Source of the DNA: a virus
Taxonomy: Duplodnaviria > Caudoviricetes
Length of the DNA stretch: 64,000 nucleotides
IMG/VR virus record: IMGVR_UViG_3300028888_000057
Strand: one strand, 5' to 3'
Shown here: positions 28,206-38,113 of the stretch, in pieces
Layout: each line of letters begins with the position of its first letter
Position numbering within the stretch: the stretch's first letter is position 1
Translations under genes and position numbers: made by a program
Notes under the pieces: model-generated
The model's database searches: none
What the model was told of the DNA's origin: nothing
What the model saw: only the letters and a program-made list of their open reading frames with translations

Positions 28206-29627
28206 ATGTTTAGAAATAACGTTGAAGTATTTGACCCCATCCCAAAGGAATATCTTGATCAGTTCAAGAGACCGCTTAATTCGTTTGACTATGCGTTGGA
28301 TGTTCTTGGCCTTGCACTGCTGAAGCCAAGGATTGAAAATTATAATGGTATTGAAGGTGTCTTCTGTAGTTATGAATCTCTGCAGACAGCCGTTGAAGAT
28401 TGCAAACCTGAACTCAGAACGCAAAATCCACAGTTCTACTTTATAACATTCGAAAACAATAGCGAAGATGTTGATTTCTCCGCTTTCAAAGACTTCACTC
28501 GTTTCACAAGGTTTGAAGAATATCTTAAGAAGAATGCTGACCGCAACGCAGTAATCTTCTATCATGAAACTGAAAACATTGTTTATATCTTTATTGACAG
28601 CAGGCAGCTGAACATTTATCATCTATGTCTGTTCATGCTGTCCAAGTATTATCCGGCTCTGTTTAAAGCACATCCGTTAACTGAGAAGGAACTGATTCTG
28701 ACCAAGACGTTATCAAAAACGGATCGTGAGGCATTCCAGAATGAAATCATGAACAACCTTGGCGATCTGACTGAAGTGTTCAAGAAGATCCGAATCGCTT
28801 CTTTGATTCGTCAGTTCCACCAGAACAAGATCGATGTCGCAAAGAAGGATCTGGCACAGATCGAATCTATGCTTCGCGATGTTATGGAACAGTACGCAAA
28901 TTACTCCAAACAGCGGAAAGAAAAACTTGTGTGGCTGACAGGACTGAATGAAACGGAAAACGAAACTGAGGAAGAAAAGGAAATCGTTGAGTATCTGTCG
29001 ACCAACAGCAAGATTCACGACGTTAAGATTCAGGACGGGCGGATCAAGTTCAGCGTTGCAACAGAAATGATGCAGTATAATCCTGATGCATATGAAATCT
29101 ATGCAAAGAAAGGATATATCTTTGATGGCCACTATAACGAGTGGTGGGCAGACATGTCTACTTTGACAGGAGTGTTCGCAGAACGTGACAACAGAAAACT
29201 TCTGCTTGATCATATCTTCAATGAAGATCCTGATTATCGTATCAAGCTGTGTGGTAACTACGATCTGGATATGAACGATAATGAAGTCAGAACCAATTCG
29301 GATTATCGATACGTTGGATCTGCATTTGAAGACTGTTTGCCGAATCCGCATCTGAGAATTCATCGTTGCCTGGGTGGATATGAAGAAAAGATCATGAATG
29401 CTCTGTACAACAACGAACTGATGAGCGCACTGGAACTGTGCGTATATAGTGCTGGATCTGTCGATCTGGACGAAACTGAACAGACCTTCCGGCCACTGAT
29501 TGGCTGGCTTTGTACTACTCAGAAGAAATGCCTGTTGGATCGAGACGGAAACAGTTTAACGCCGGAAGAAGCGATTGTTCAGATCAAAGACAAGGAGAAA
29601 GAAAATGAAGCCGATTGTGCTGACTGA
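28206..29627 (+). CDS. coiled-coil protein with putative prokaryotic E2-like C-terminal domain
   Basis: PNPHLRIHRCLGGY resembles the E2 active-site His..Cys region; operon context. Confidence 0.55.
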   Translation: MFRNNVEVFDPIPKEYLDQFKRPLNSFDYALDVLGLALLKPRIENYNGIEGVFCSYESLQTAVEDCKPELRTQNPQFYFITFENNSEDVDFSAFKDFTRFTRFEEYLKKNADRNAVIFYHETENIVYIFIDSRQLNIYHLCLFMLSKYYPALFKAHPLTEKELILTKTLSKTDREAFQNEIMNNLGDLTEVFKKIRIASLIRQFHQNKIDVAKKDLAQIESMLRDVMEQYANYSKQRKEKLVWLTGLNETENETEEEKEIVEYLSTNSKIHDVKIQDGRIKFSVATEMMQYNPDAYEIYAKKGYIFDGHYNEWWADMSTLTGVFAERDNRKLLLDHIFNEDPDYRIKLCGNYDLDMNDNEVRTNSDYRYVGSAFEDCLPNPHLRIHRCLGGYEEKIMNALYNNELMSALELCVYSAGSVDLDETEQTFRPLIGWLCTTQKKCLLDRDGNSLTPEEAIVQIKDKEKENEADCAD

Positions 29628-30444
29628 TAAAGCAAAAGAAGTAATGATGAAGCACTTCATGGAGAAATTCAACAAAGCTCTCGATGAATATGCGTTCAAT
29701 ATTGACAAGAAAAAGTTTTCCTTTGAAGCTGAGATAAATCAAGTTGCCAAAGAAAAGGTTCATATTGTTTATAGCCCGACAGCATATCTGAGAATGCTGA
29801 AGCTTGTTAATTATTATGAGTCTGAAGTAACTTGGTATGGTTTGGTTAAGAGGCTCGACGAAAAGACGTATCATGTCTATGATGTGATCGTTTGTCCGCA
29901 GTACGTATCTGGTGCCAAAGTCGATACGGATGATGATGAAACGATGGAGTTCTTCGGTAATCTGACGGATGAGCAGGCTGAAAATATGTATTATCAGGCG
30001 CATAGTCATGTGAACTTCTCGACCGAAGCTTCTGGTGTTGACTTGCAGAATCAGATTGATATTCTGGGTAATATGCTGAATAAAGATGGATTCTTCCTGT
30101 TCCAGATTTGGAACAAGAAAGGAGAAGTCAGCACTTATCTGTATGATCTCGGAGCCAACATCTTCTACGATTCCAAAGATGTAGTCATGGAGATCGAAGA
30201 TCCGGATTATGAATCTCTGGATGCGTTTGTCGAAGCCAATAAATCCTTGGTGAAAAAAAGAGAAGTAAAACCAGTCGCAAACATCGGAAGAAACGATGGA
30301 TGGTACGGTGATTGGCCGAAAGGCGCAGCCGGATACGGATCTGGTTACGGTTCCGGTTATTATGGTGGATACAACAGAAATGATGATGCATATTATGTAA
30401 ATGGATACAATTATCAGAATGGGAGGTTCTTTGACGAAGAATGA
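29605..30444 (+). CDS. JAB/JAMM metallopeptidase
   Basis: ESEVTWYG..HSHVNFSTEASGVD (E..HxH..S..D); Gly/Tyr-rich tail. Confidence 0.8.
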   Translation: MKPIVLTDKAKEVMMKHFMEKFNKALDEYAFNIDKKKFSFEAEINQVAKEKVHIVYSPTAYLRMLKLVNYYESEVTWYGLVKRLDEKTYHVYDVIVCPQYVSGAKVDTDDDETMEFFGNLTDEQAENMYYQAHSHVNFSTEASGVDLQNQIDILGNMLNKDGFFLFQIWNKKGEVSTYLYDLGANIFYDSKDVVMEIEDPDYESLDAFVEANKSLVKKREVKPVANIGRNDGWYGDWPKGAAGYGSGYGSGYYGGYNRNDDAYYVNGYNYQNGRFFDEE

Positions 30445-31127
30445 ACTTAGCAAAGAGTTTTGAATTCTTTAATCCTGAAAAGGTAAAGGATCGTATTCAT
30501 ATTATCGGATGTGGTTCTGTCGGATCAACGGTTGCAGAACTGTTAATTCGGGATGGTCTGAAGAACTTCAGCCTGTACGATTTTGATACAGTAGAAGAAC
30601 ATAATCTTGTAAACCAGATGTTCACCGGGGACGATCTGTATAAGCCTAAAGCACACTGTGTAAAGAATCGGATGATCCATGTGGTTCCTGAGTCTGATCG
30701 AAAAGAACTCAGCGAAACGATCAAGGTGTATGATAAAGGCTGGACGGGTCAGAGGCTGTCTGGTTACATTTTCCTCTGTGTGGATAATATCGAACTTCGA
30801 AAGAAGATCGTGGAAGACAACATGTATAATAACTCTGTCAAAGCGATGTTTGATTTCAGAACGGCACTGACAAGTGGTCAGCACTATGCAGCTGACTGGT
30901 CTGACGCAAAACAGATTGCAGATTTGTTGGACACAATGGATTTTACACATGCAGAGGCTGAAAAGAACACACCGCTGTCTGCCTGTAAGGTATCGATGTG
31001 TGTCGCTCCGACGGTCTGGGCTGTAGCGATGGCCGGGGTTGTAAACTTTATGAACTTTGTAAAGGACGGAATCATTCGGAATCAAGTTATTGTAAACCCG
31101 TTTGATTTCAATATCATTGAACTTTAA
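30441..31127 (+). CDS. ThiF/E1-like adenylyltransferase
   Basis: IHIIGCGSVGS..LYDFDTVEEHNLVNQ..K..LCVDN..R; candidate catalytic Cys in SAC. Confidence 0.9.
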   Translation: MNLAKSFEFFNPEKVKDRIHIIGCGSVGSTVAELLIRDGLKNFSLYDFDTVEEHNLVNQMFTGDDLYKPKAHCVKNRMIHVVPESDRKELSETIKVYDKGWTGQRLSGYIFLCVDNIELRKKIVEDNMYNNSVKAMFDFRTALTSGQHYAADWSDAKQIADLLDTMDFTHAEAEKNTPLSACKVSMCVAPTVWAVAMAGVVNFMNFVKDGIIRNQVIVNPFDFNIIEL

Positions 31128-31131
31128 TGAA

Positions 31132-31412
31132 TTATCATAATGAAAACGTAGAAATACTCTTTAGATGTTATTTAAAGGAACGATTGGCTGGATGAGTAGG
31201 TCGCTGCGGGCAGGTCCTGAAGGCGCCCAGTGGAGTGTCGATCCGCTGGCAGAGAGGCTGGACGGAGGTGGCAGGTCAGCGCGATCCGACTGAAAACCGG
31301 GAAAGTGGAGATTCAAATCCGGAGAAGACGACCAATTGGATCTCGAACGCGTCCAGCGGGCCCTGGAGGAGCACCTCGTGCGGCAGCGGATTTTCCTTTT
31401 AGATTATGATAA
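31132..31412 (+). ncRNA. retron-like (msr-msd-like) ncRNA
   Basis: Terminal inverted repeat TTATCATAAT/ATTATGATAA plus four nested stems; GC-rich island directly upstream of the RT. Confidence 0.6.
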
Positions 31413-31422
31413 GGATAATAAT

Positions 31423-32547
31423 ATGATTTACATAACAAGAAAAAGAATTGCAATACCCAAACAAGTGACTTTGGAAGACATCTTGTTGGACCGAGAAATT
31501 CCGGAGTTAAAAGATATAGGAACAAGCACACTGACAAGAGTTTATCCTGAAACTCCAGATGAGCTTAAACATTGTTTCAATATTGATTTATTAATCAAAT
31601 GGTTGAATGACTTCAATGAACGACATGCTGAGCTATTCCAAAGAGATAGAAACAGTATGTATTATCAGTTCAAAATACCAAAGAAAACAGGAGGATTCAG
31701 AGAAATTGATGCTCCTGTCAAAGAGTTGCAGAGCGCGCTAACAGAAGTGGTTAATTTTCTAAAGAATCAATGCAATATTCTGTATCATACGGCGGCATTT
31801 GCCTATATCGAAGAGAGAAGCACGGTAGATTGTGTCAGAAGACATCAGAAAAACAATAGCAATTGGTTCCTGAAACTGGATATTAAGAGCTTCTTTCCAA
31901 GCACTACGCTGAAGTATCTGATGCACATCAGCAGCATGACGTATCCACTGTCGGAAATCTGCAAGGTTCCAGAGGGAAAGTCAGCGTTGGAGAGGACATT
32001 CAGTCTTGCTTTTAAAGATGGCAAATTGCCACAGGGAACAACATTAAGTCCGTTGATTTCGAACATTGTAATGTTGCCAATAGACTTTAAGGTCTTCAAT
32101 ACATTGGCAGCAAGAAAGATTGTATATACTCGTTACTGCGATGATATGATTATCTCGGCTCAGGAGAAGTTTCCGTGGCAGGAAGTTGTAAAGATTGTCA
32201 AAGATGCTTTTACAGAAATGGGAGCACCATATCGGATCAATGACGAAAAGACAAGGTTTGGATCAAAGAAAGGAAGTAACTTTAATCTCGGATTAATGCT
32301 GAATGGAAACAATGATATCACTGTAGGTTATAAGGCGAAGAAACGCTATAAAGCTGCGCTGTGTTCATTTATCCAGGATACAATCCATGGAAATCGTTGG
32401 CCGCTGGAAGATGTAACGCATCTGAACGGGCTGACAAGTTACTATCGCTATCTGGAGAAAGAATATTTTGATCAGATATGGAAAAGAGCAAGCGAAAAGT
32501 GGAACGTAGATATTGGTGCTTTGTTTAAATCATATCTATCAACGTAA
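31423..32547 (+). CDS. reverse transcriptase, retron-like
   Basis: IPKKTGGFREIDAP, AFAY..CVRRH, KLDIKSFFPS, LPQG..LSPLISN, YTRYCDD; AAGGA RBS before ATG 31423. Confidence 0.92.
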   Translation: MIYITRKRIAIPKQVTLEDILLDREIPELKDIGTSTLTRVYPETPDELKHCFNIDLLIKWLNDFNERHAELFQRDRNSMYYQFKIPKKTGGFREIDAPVKELQSALTEVVNFLKNQCNILYHTAAFAYIEERSTVDCVRRHQKNNSNWFLKLDIKSFFPSTTLKYLMHISSMTYPLSEICKVPEGKSALERTFSLAFKDGKLPQGTTLSPLISNIVMLPIDFKVFNTLAARKIVYTRYCDDMIISAQEKFPWQEVVKIVKDAFTEMGAPYRINDEKTRFGSKKGSNFNLGLMLNGNNDITVGYKAKKRYKAALCSFIQDTIHGNRWPLEDVTHLNGLTSYYRYLEKEYFDQIWKRASEKWNVDIGALFKSYLST

Positions 32548-32691
32548 ACAATGAAGAGGCAGTTACATGCACTTTTGATGTGATTAGAAGAGAAGAAATG
32601 GTATTTAGTCTGATGATACTATCGGTATTTTCAGGGATAAATTCCTGAAAATACAGCTATTATCATAACTAAAGTTTAGATTGTTTACTTT

Positions 32692-32726
32692 TAGTGCGGA
32701 TGCCTCGGGTGTCCGCACTATTTTTT
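32692..32726 (+). terminator. intrinsic terminator ending the Ubl-RT unit
   Basis: TAGTGCGGAT/GTCCGCACTA stem followed by T6. Confidence 0.8.
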
Positions 32727-32758
32727 CATGTTATGCAATTATATTTGATAAAATCTTT

Positions 32759-32844
32759 GAAGCCATGCGAAACGAGCCTTAAAGGTAAAACACAAAATAG
32801 TTAGGTACCGAACTATGAAGCCATGCGGAACACAACATAAAGGA
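32759..32844 (+). promoter_or_regulatory. tandem copies 3 and 4 of the GAAGCCATG..TAAAGG motif upstream of RNAP 2
   Basis: Two direct copies with the AGTTAGGTACCGAACT palindrome between them. Confidence 0.55.
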
Positions 32845-32906
32845 AGAGAAAATTATTCCGTATCGGAATTCACATAAATAAAAGATGATGGAAGGGGGCT
32901 CAACAT

Positions 32907-34475
32907 GTGTCTTCGGTGAAGACATACCTGCAAGATCAGGTAAGGTTGGTAACGCTGAGCAGTAACGATTTATTTACAGATGATGAATATAGTCAATATG
33001 TAAAGATCGTGCAGCTAGGCAACACGTACAACGAAAGGATCGGAAAAGGAGAAGACAAGGATACTCTGAAGCCAATTCTCCGGGAAAAAGAAAAGCTCAA
33101 AGAAAAATTGTCAACAACTATTCAGAAAAGAGGGGAGAATCCTCGGGTTGTTAATCTGAACATGGTTGTTCATCATTCCAAAGACTCTCCATTTCCATTT
33201 CCGAAAGGTATTACGTGGAAAAATCTCAAAATCACACGCAGGATTGCAGAATTTTCATGTGAACTGACAAGAGCAATGGGTCTCAATAATCTGGACTGTA
33301 CGCTTGATCTGATCGTGATTAAATGGAAAGACTTGAATCTTCTGAAGCAGCTGGTACTGTATGGATTCTATATGCCGATTCTCCATGGAGACGAAGTTGA
33401 AATGAGACACTATCAGTTTCTGACTGCATCAGCCGGACAGTTGAGACGCGACAAAACAATCTTCATTTCGGATGAGATGTGGAACAAGATTCACAGACGC
33501 ATCGAGTGTGGAATGAACTGGGAAAGAATCAATGTTCATGGAGGTATCGTCGCAAATAAACTGCTGGCTTATATTGCGTTGGCTAACAGTGCTACGGATG
33601 TCTGGACGGACTTTGATATTGACCGGTGTATTGTCATAGACGATTTCGAGGCTGAAGTAACTGATCGAATGATGTATATTAAGGAAGATTATACATATGA
33701 GATCGGTAAACGAACGGTAATGATCAACCACACTGATGGATGTGGAATGATGCTGCCAACAGTCTCGAAACTGAATTTTATGACAAGACTGCCATTCATC
33801 AAAGGATTGCTTGTGAGCTTTGATTATATTAAATTCTGCAAAGTCAATAATGTTCCTCCGATTATCAAGGATATTTATGGCAAAGAACATGACCTGATTA
33901 AAGAAAATATACAGATAATCTTTACGAAGAGTATGTTCAAAGCCTATAAGTATTTTGAAAGCTTCGAAGAGTACAAAGCAGAATTTAAAGCATGTGGCGC
34001 ACAGGCCGGAATTACCAATTATGAAGAAGAGTATATTCCGGATGCGACATTGAATTATCAATTCATTCAAACACTAGTAAATTTTACTGATGAGGAGATA
34101 CAACAATTCATCAAAAATGATCATGATAAGATTGAAAAGCTTGGAACCAACAAAGATTCAATGTTGAACACGTTGGGAGCCAGAAAGGAATCTGACAATC
34201 CTTATAAAGCGGCGCTGGCATACTATCCGGAACTGTTGAGAGAAGCGTATAGCAAAGAAACGATTCGAGCGATCAGGAAGAGTATGATGCTGGATGCAAA
34301 GTCTGGAAAGATTCACTGCGAAAACAAGAGATTGTTTGCAGTACCTGATCTCTACGCCGCCTGTGAGCGGTGGTTTATGGGGATCGAAGAACCAGAAGGA
34401 TTGTTAAGGGGAAATGAAATAGCTTGTCTGCCGTATAGAAGGCATGATAAAGCAGATGTTCTAAGAAGTCCGCAT
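32907..34475 (+). CDS. YonO-like single-subunit RNA polymerase (copy 2), exon 1
   Basis: TASAGQLR, HTDGCGM, RLPFIKG, LNYQFIQTL; ends ..LRSPH at the intron. Confidence 0.85.
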
Positions 34476-35512
34476 TAACATAGGTGCCTTTACACAGTAA
34501 TGTGTATCGAAAAATGTGGTTAACCTGTAAATACAGGGTGTCGCTGAAAAGCGGCTAACGGAGAACGAACTAAACGATAGAGTTTGGAGGTGAGAAAATG
34601 AGCAAGCTTAAAGATTTAACTGGACGGATGTTTGGATTTCTTTACGTTCAAAGAAGAATGCCTAATTATGTTCAAGAAAACGGAAGAACAAGAACGAGAT
34701 GGCTAACAACGTGTCTCTTGTGTGGAAAAGCTTATGTTGCAGATGGTAGTCATTTGCTGCACGGTGATATTATTAGTTGTGGCTGTTTTAAGAACATGAA
34801 AAGCGCATTAAGAGGTCAAGAATATACAGGCGTCCAGAAACCAATTCGAGATTTGACCGGCATGAAATTTGGATATCTTAGAGTAATTGAAAGATGCGAA
34901 AATTTTGGGCCAAAAACAGCATGGTTATGTTTGTGTGAGAATTGTGGCAGTTATACAAAGGTTCGCTCGAATCATCTCCTTCGAGGATTAGTATCCAGTG
35001 ATGGCTGTATAAAGTCTGTAAGAGAAGAGCAAATGGCAAAATGGTTTAATGAACACAAAATTCCATTTGAAAGAGAATATACTTTTCCAGACTTATTAGG
35101 CGAAGGTGGAAGTAATCTAAGATTCGATTTTGGTTTAATAGACAAGAAAAATAATTTAATTTGTTTAGTTGAATATCAAGGAGAACAACATGGTTTAGAT
35201 AAAACTGGAGAGTTTGGCAGACAACAAAGAGAACAAACTGACAAACAAAAAATTGATTATTGTTTAATAAACCATCTTGCTTTTCAAAGTGTTTGGTACA
35301 ATAGAGATTTTGAAGAGCAAATGCAAGAAATCGAAAAGTTCTATCGCAAGTCAACTGCCGTGCCAAACCGGAAAACCGGAAGGTGTATCGACTATCCCGA
35401 GAGGGAGTAGGGTTCAAGTGAAACTCTTGAATTCGAAACGCCACACAACCCGTAAGGGCTGATGACATAGTCAACTCCGCTACGAAATATCGGGAAACCG
35501 ACGGTACGAAGG
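34476..35512 (+). mobile_element. group I intron in RNAP 2
   Basis: Exon ends in U with P1 GCAT/GTGC (U.G); P7 elements CGACTA..CATAGTC; terminal G at 35512; splicing restores RSPH-LA-MEH in frame. Confidence 0.85.
34598..35410 (+). CDS. intron-encoded homing endonuclease (DLTG..FG.L.V Zn repeats plus a PD-(D/E)xK/Vsr-like nuclease domain)
   Basis: Two DLTGxxFGxLxV..CxxCG repeats; LRFDF..VEYQGEQH. Confidence 0.75.
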   Translation: MSKLKDLTGRMFGFLYVQRRMPNYVQENGRTRTRWLTTCLLCGKAYVADGSHLLHGDIISCGCFKNMKSALRGQEYTGVQKPIRDLTGMKFGYLRVIERCENFGPKTAWLCLCENCGSYTKVRSNHLLRGLVSSDGCIKSVREEQMAKWFNEHKIPFEREYTFPDLLGEGGSNLRFDFGLIDKKNNLICLVEYQGEQHGLDKTGEFGRQQREQTDKQKIDYCLINHLAFQSVWYNRDFEEQMQEIEKFYRKSTAVPNRKTGRCIDYPERE

Positions 35513-36760
35513 TTAGCAATGGAACATTTTATCTGCCCAATTGTTCATGATCAGAAAATATATGATTGGTTTTATACAAACGGAGTCGTAACTTCTTGTC
35601 ACAGCATGGTATCGAGGGTGCTCCAGTTCGATGTCGATGGAGATCAACTTAACGTAATTGTTGATCCGTTATTCATTAAGGTTGCTGAAAAGAATATCAA
35701 AGAGTTTGACGTGGTTCCATTATTCTATGACGCAGAGAAAGGTGATGCTACTCTGATGTCAAAGGAGGCACAGTTTGAAGGTCTGAAGATTGCCCATGAA
35801 TATTCAGGTATCGGAGAAATATCAAACATGCTGACAAGACTATGGAATCGAAATACTCAGGACAGGATTGCTGCCGCATTTCTTTGCAGATTTAACAACG
35901 CTGTGATCGATGCAGCAAAGATTGCCAAGATCAATCACTATAATCAGTATCCTGAAATTGAAAAACGTATCAACAAAGCTATAGGAGGCAAGAACTCACG
36001 TATGCCTGCTTGGTTCAAGTACTCTAAGAATCAGAGGAAAAATGGCAATGAACACAAGCAGTATGCAAAACCCAATAACTCAACAATGAACCGAATATCT
36101 TCTTACTTTGATGATATTGGAAAGATCAACATGAATTTTGCTGGGGTGCCGTCATTCAACTGGCAAATGCTTCTCAGCGGGCCGTGTACAAATACATGGC
36201 CGGAAATTCCAATGCTGTTCTGTGAGATGGATAATGTTAATATTTCTAACGTAATCGAATCTCATGACATTCCTTATGCATCTGAGAAACAGAAGATCAA
36301 TGGTTATTCCATGATGGCAGAAATGATCAAGGATGAAATCATTGATCAGTTTGGTTCGTTAGAAACTGCATATCCGTATGTAGTAAAACATCTGTTTGCA
36401 GGAGAAGGTATGAATAAAGCCGCTCACAAACAGATGTTCTGGCGCGTGTTTGGCAATATTGCGCTGGAAAACTTAAAGAAAAATGTTAACAACTGTGATG
36501 TTTGTCCGGATTGTAAGATGAGAATCCCATCGTGGGTGAAGGATCATTATTGTGTGAAGAATACATCCGGCTTCTATGAATGTATAGATTGCCATAAGAT
36601 GTGTGAAAGAACTTCTTCATCGCAATATCGATGCGCAGATTGTCAAAATAAATATCGACTAACACAAAGAAAACTGGCTCAGAGAAACCGTCGAAACCAA
36701 TTGAAAGAGGATGAAGAGAAACGTATTGTTTCCTGGCTATCGTCCTTCAGGGAGATATAA
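35513..36760 (+). CDS. YonO-like RNA polymerase, exon 2
   Basis: LQFDVDGDQ catalytic loop, N..IDAAK, C-terminal Zn ribbons. Confidence 0.85.
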   Translation, partial: LAMEHFICPIVHDQKIYDWFYTNGVVTSCHSMVSRVLQFDVDGDQLNVIVDPLFIKVAEKNIKEFDVVPLFYDAEKGDATLMSKEAQFEGLKIAHEYSGIGEISNMLTRLWNRNTQDRIAAAFLCRFNNAVIDAAKIAKINHYNQYPEIEKRINKAIGGKNSRMPAWFKYSKNQRKNGNEHKQYAKPNNSTMNRISSYFDDIGKINMNFAGVPSFNWQMLLSGPCTNTWPEIPMLFCEMDNVNISNVIESHDIPYASEKQKINGYSMMAEMIKDEIIDQFGSLETAYPYVVKHLFAGEGMNKAAHKQMFWRVFGNIALENLKKNVNNCDVCPDCKMRIPSWVKDHYCVKNTSGFYECIDCHKMCERTSSSQYRCADCQNKYRLTQRKLAQRNRRNQLKEDEEKRIVSWLSSFREI

Positions 36761-37246
36761 AAAACGGTTCTTTCTGGCCGTCGTATATTCTTTGTAAAGC
36801 GCGAACTGAATCAAGTAAGCGTTCTGGATTCAGAGTCGTAAGTCAGGTCGATGGACAAACAAAGTTTTCGCTGCCGAAGGTTCTGGTGACAGAGTTATAC
36901 GGTCATCAGGATTTGATCAATTATCTCTCAATATACTGTACGAGAGATAAGGCTGGCGGAAGAAAATACTTTCCCCGTGGTGCGTTGTGCTGGTTTGAAT
37001 GTAACCGGTACGGTGAACCATTGGGTTCAGTATATTACATTAAAAGGGTACCGGATACATCCATGTATTTTGTGACAAAGACAGGTCATGTTTTCGCTCA
37101 GAACACTTATCGGAAATTCGTAGAAGCTAAAGCACGTAAAAAAAGCATAAATGAAATTCTGTCAGGTGACATCAAGCTTGAAAAATATTATCTGTCTCAC
37201 AAAAAACCGATCCTGTATCAACCAACTGGAAGAAGGAGAAAAAGAA

Positions 37247-37966
37247 ATGCCGGCAAAGAAAACGGTAGAACAAGAAGTTCCTGAAGTTATCCATCATAAC
37301 ATGAGGTTTTATGGACAAGTTCAGGATACGCCGCAAGAAGCGAGAAAAGAAATCGCAGCTGGAAGACTTAAGGGCTATACGGATATTAATCCGATGTGGC
37401 GAATCAAGAAGCTTACAGAGATCTTTGGCCCCGTAGGATACGGATGGTGGACTCAAAATGAAAAGTATGACCTCCATACCTGTTCCAACGGAGAAGTCGC
37501 AGTATTCTGTACGCTCGAATTGATCATAGTCGACCCTGAAACGAATGAGCAATCACATCCGATTACAGGTATTGGTGGCAACAAAGTCGTATCCAATGAA
37601 AGAAACGGTGTATATTGCAATGATGAAGCGTATAAGATGGCTTATACGGACGCTCTGTCAATTGCTTGTAAGGCACTGGGCTTCAGTCATGATATTTATT
37701 ATCAGAAAGATAGAACCAAATATACGGCTCTGTCTTCTGATGATGCTCCTGCTGCTGAAGTCAACACAACAGAAATCGTATCTCGGATTCAGAAGGGAAT
37801 CAACTTCCTGACAAAAGACATGAACAATGAACAGAAAGACAAATTCGTGATGGATGTTGTTGTTCCCAAGATTGGTAATCCAAACTATATGGCGTGTAAA
37901 GATGTGGTCAAGTTACAGGCTCTTCTCGATACGCTGCTGACTATGTCCAAGGCCAAAGCAGCTTAA
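37247..37966 (+). CDS. Sak/Rad52-like single-strand annealing protein
   Basis: DINPMWRI..L.EIFGP.G.GW..DEAYKMA.TDAL..A...LG...DIY. Confidence 0.75.
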   Translation: MPAKKTVEQEVPEVIHHNMRFYGQVQDTPQEARKEIAAGRLKGYTDINPMWRIKKLTEIFGPVGYGWWTQNEKYDLHTCSNGEVAVFCTLELIIVDPETNEQSHPITGIGGNKVVSNERNGVYCNDEAYKMAYTDALSIACKALGFSHDIYYQKDRTKYTALSSDDAPAAEVNTTEIVSRIQKGINFLTKDMNNEQKDKFVMDVVVPKIGNPNYMACKDVVKLQALLDTLLTMSKAKAA

Positions 37967-38113
37967 AGCTGTTTAGCACTCCCGGGAGTACGTGCGCTCC
38001 CGGGAGATATTGTCTCATTAAACAGAAAAATTCAAGTGCGCACTTATAGATAGAAAATTCCCGAGACCAGTAATAGCACGAATAAAAAACTATTAACTGG
38101 AGAGAAAATTATT

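Noticed and set aside
31423-32547. Group II intron or DGR reverse transcriptase
   Set aside because: No domain V/VI-like sequence, maturase or interrupted host gene seen; no TR/VR pair or avd noticed; LPQG rather than a DGR-type motif
34476-34478. Stop-codon recoding or pseudogene explaining the split RNAP and helicase
   Set aside because: Both splits are fully explained by group I introns; other genes read normally in the standard code
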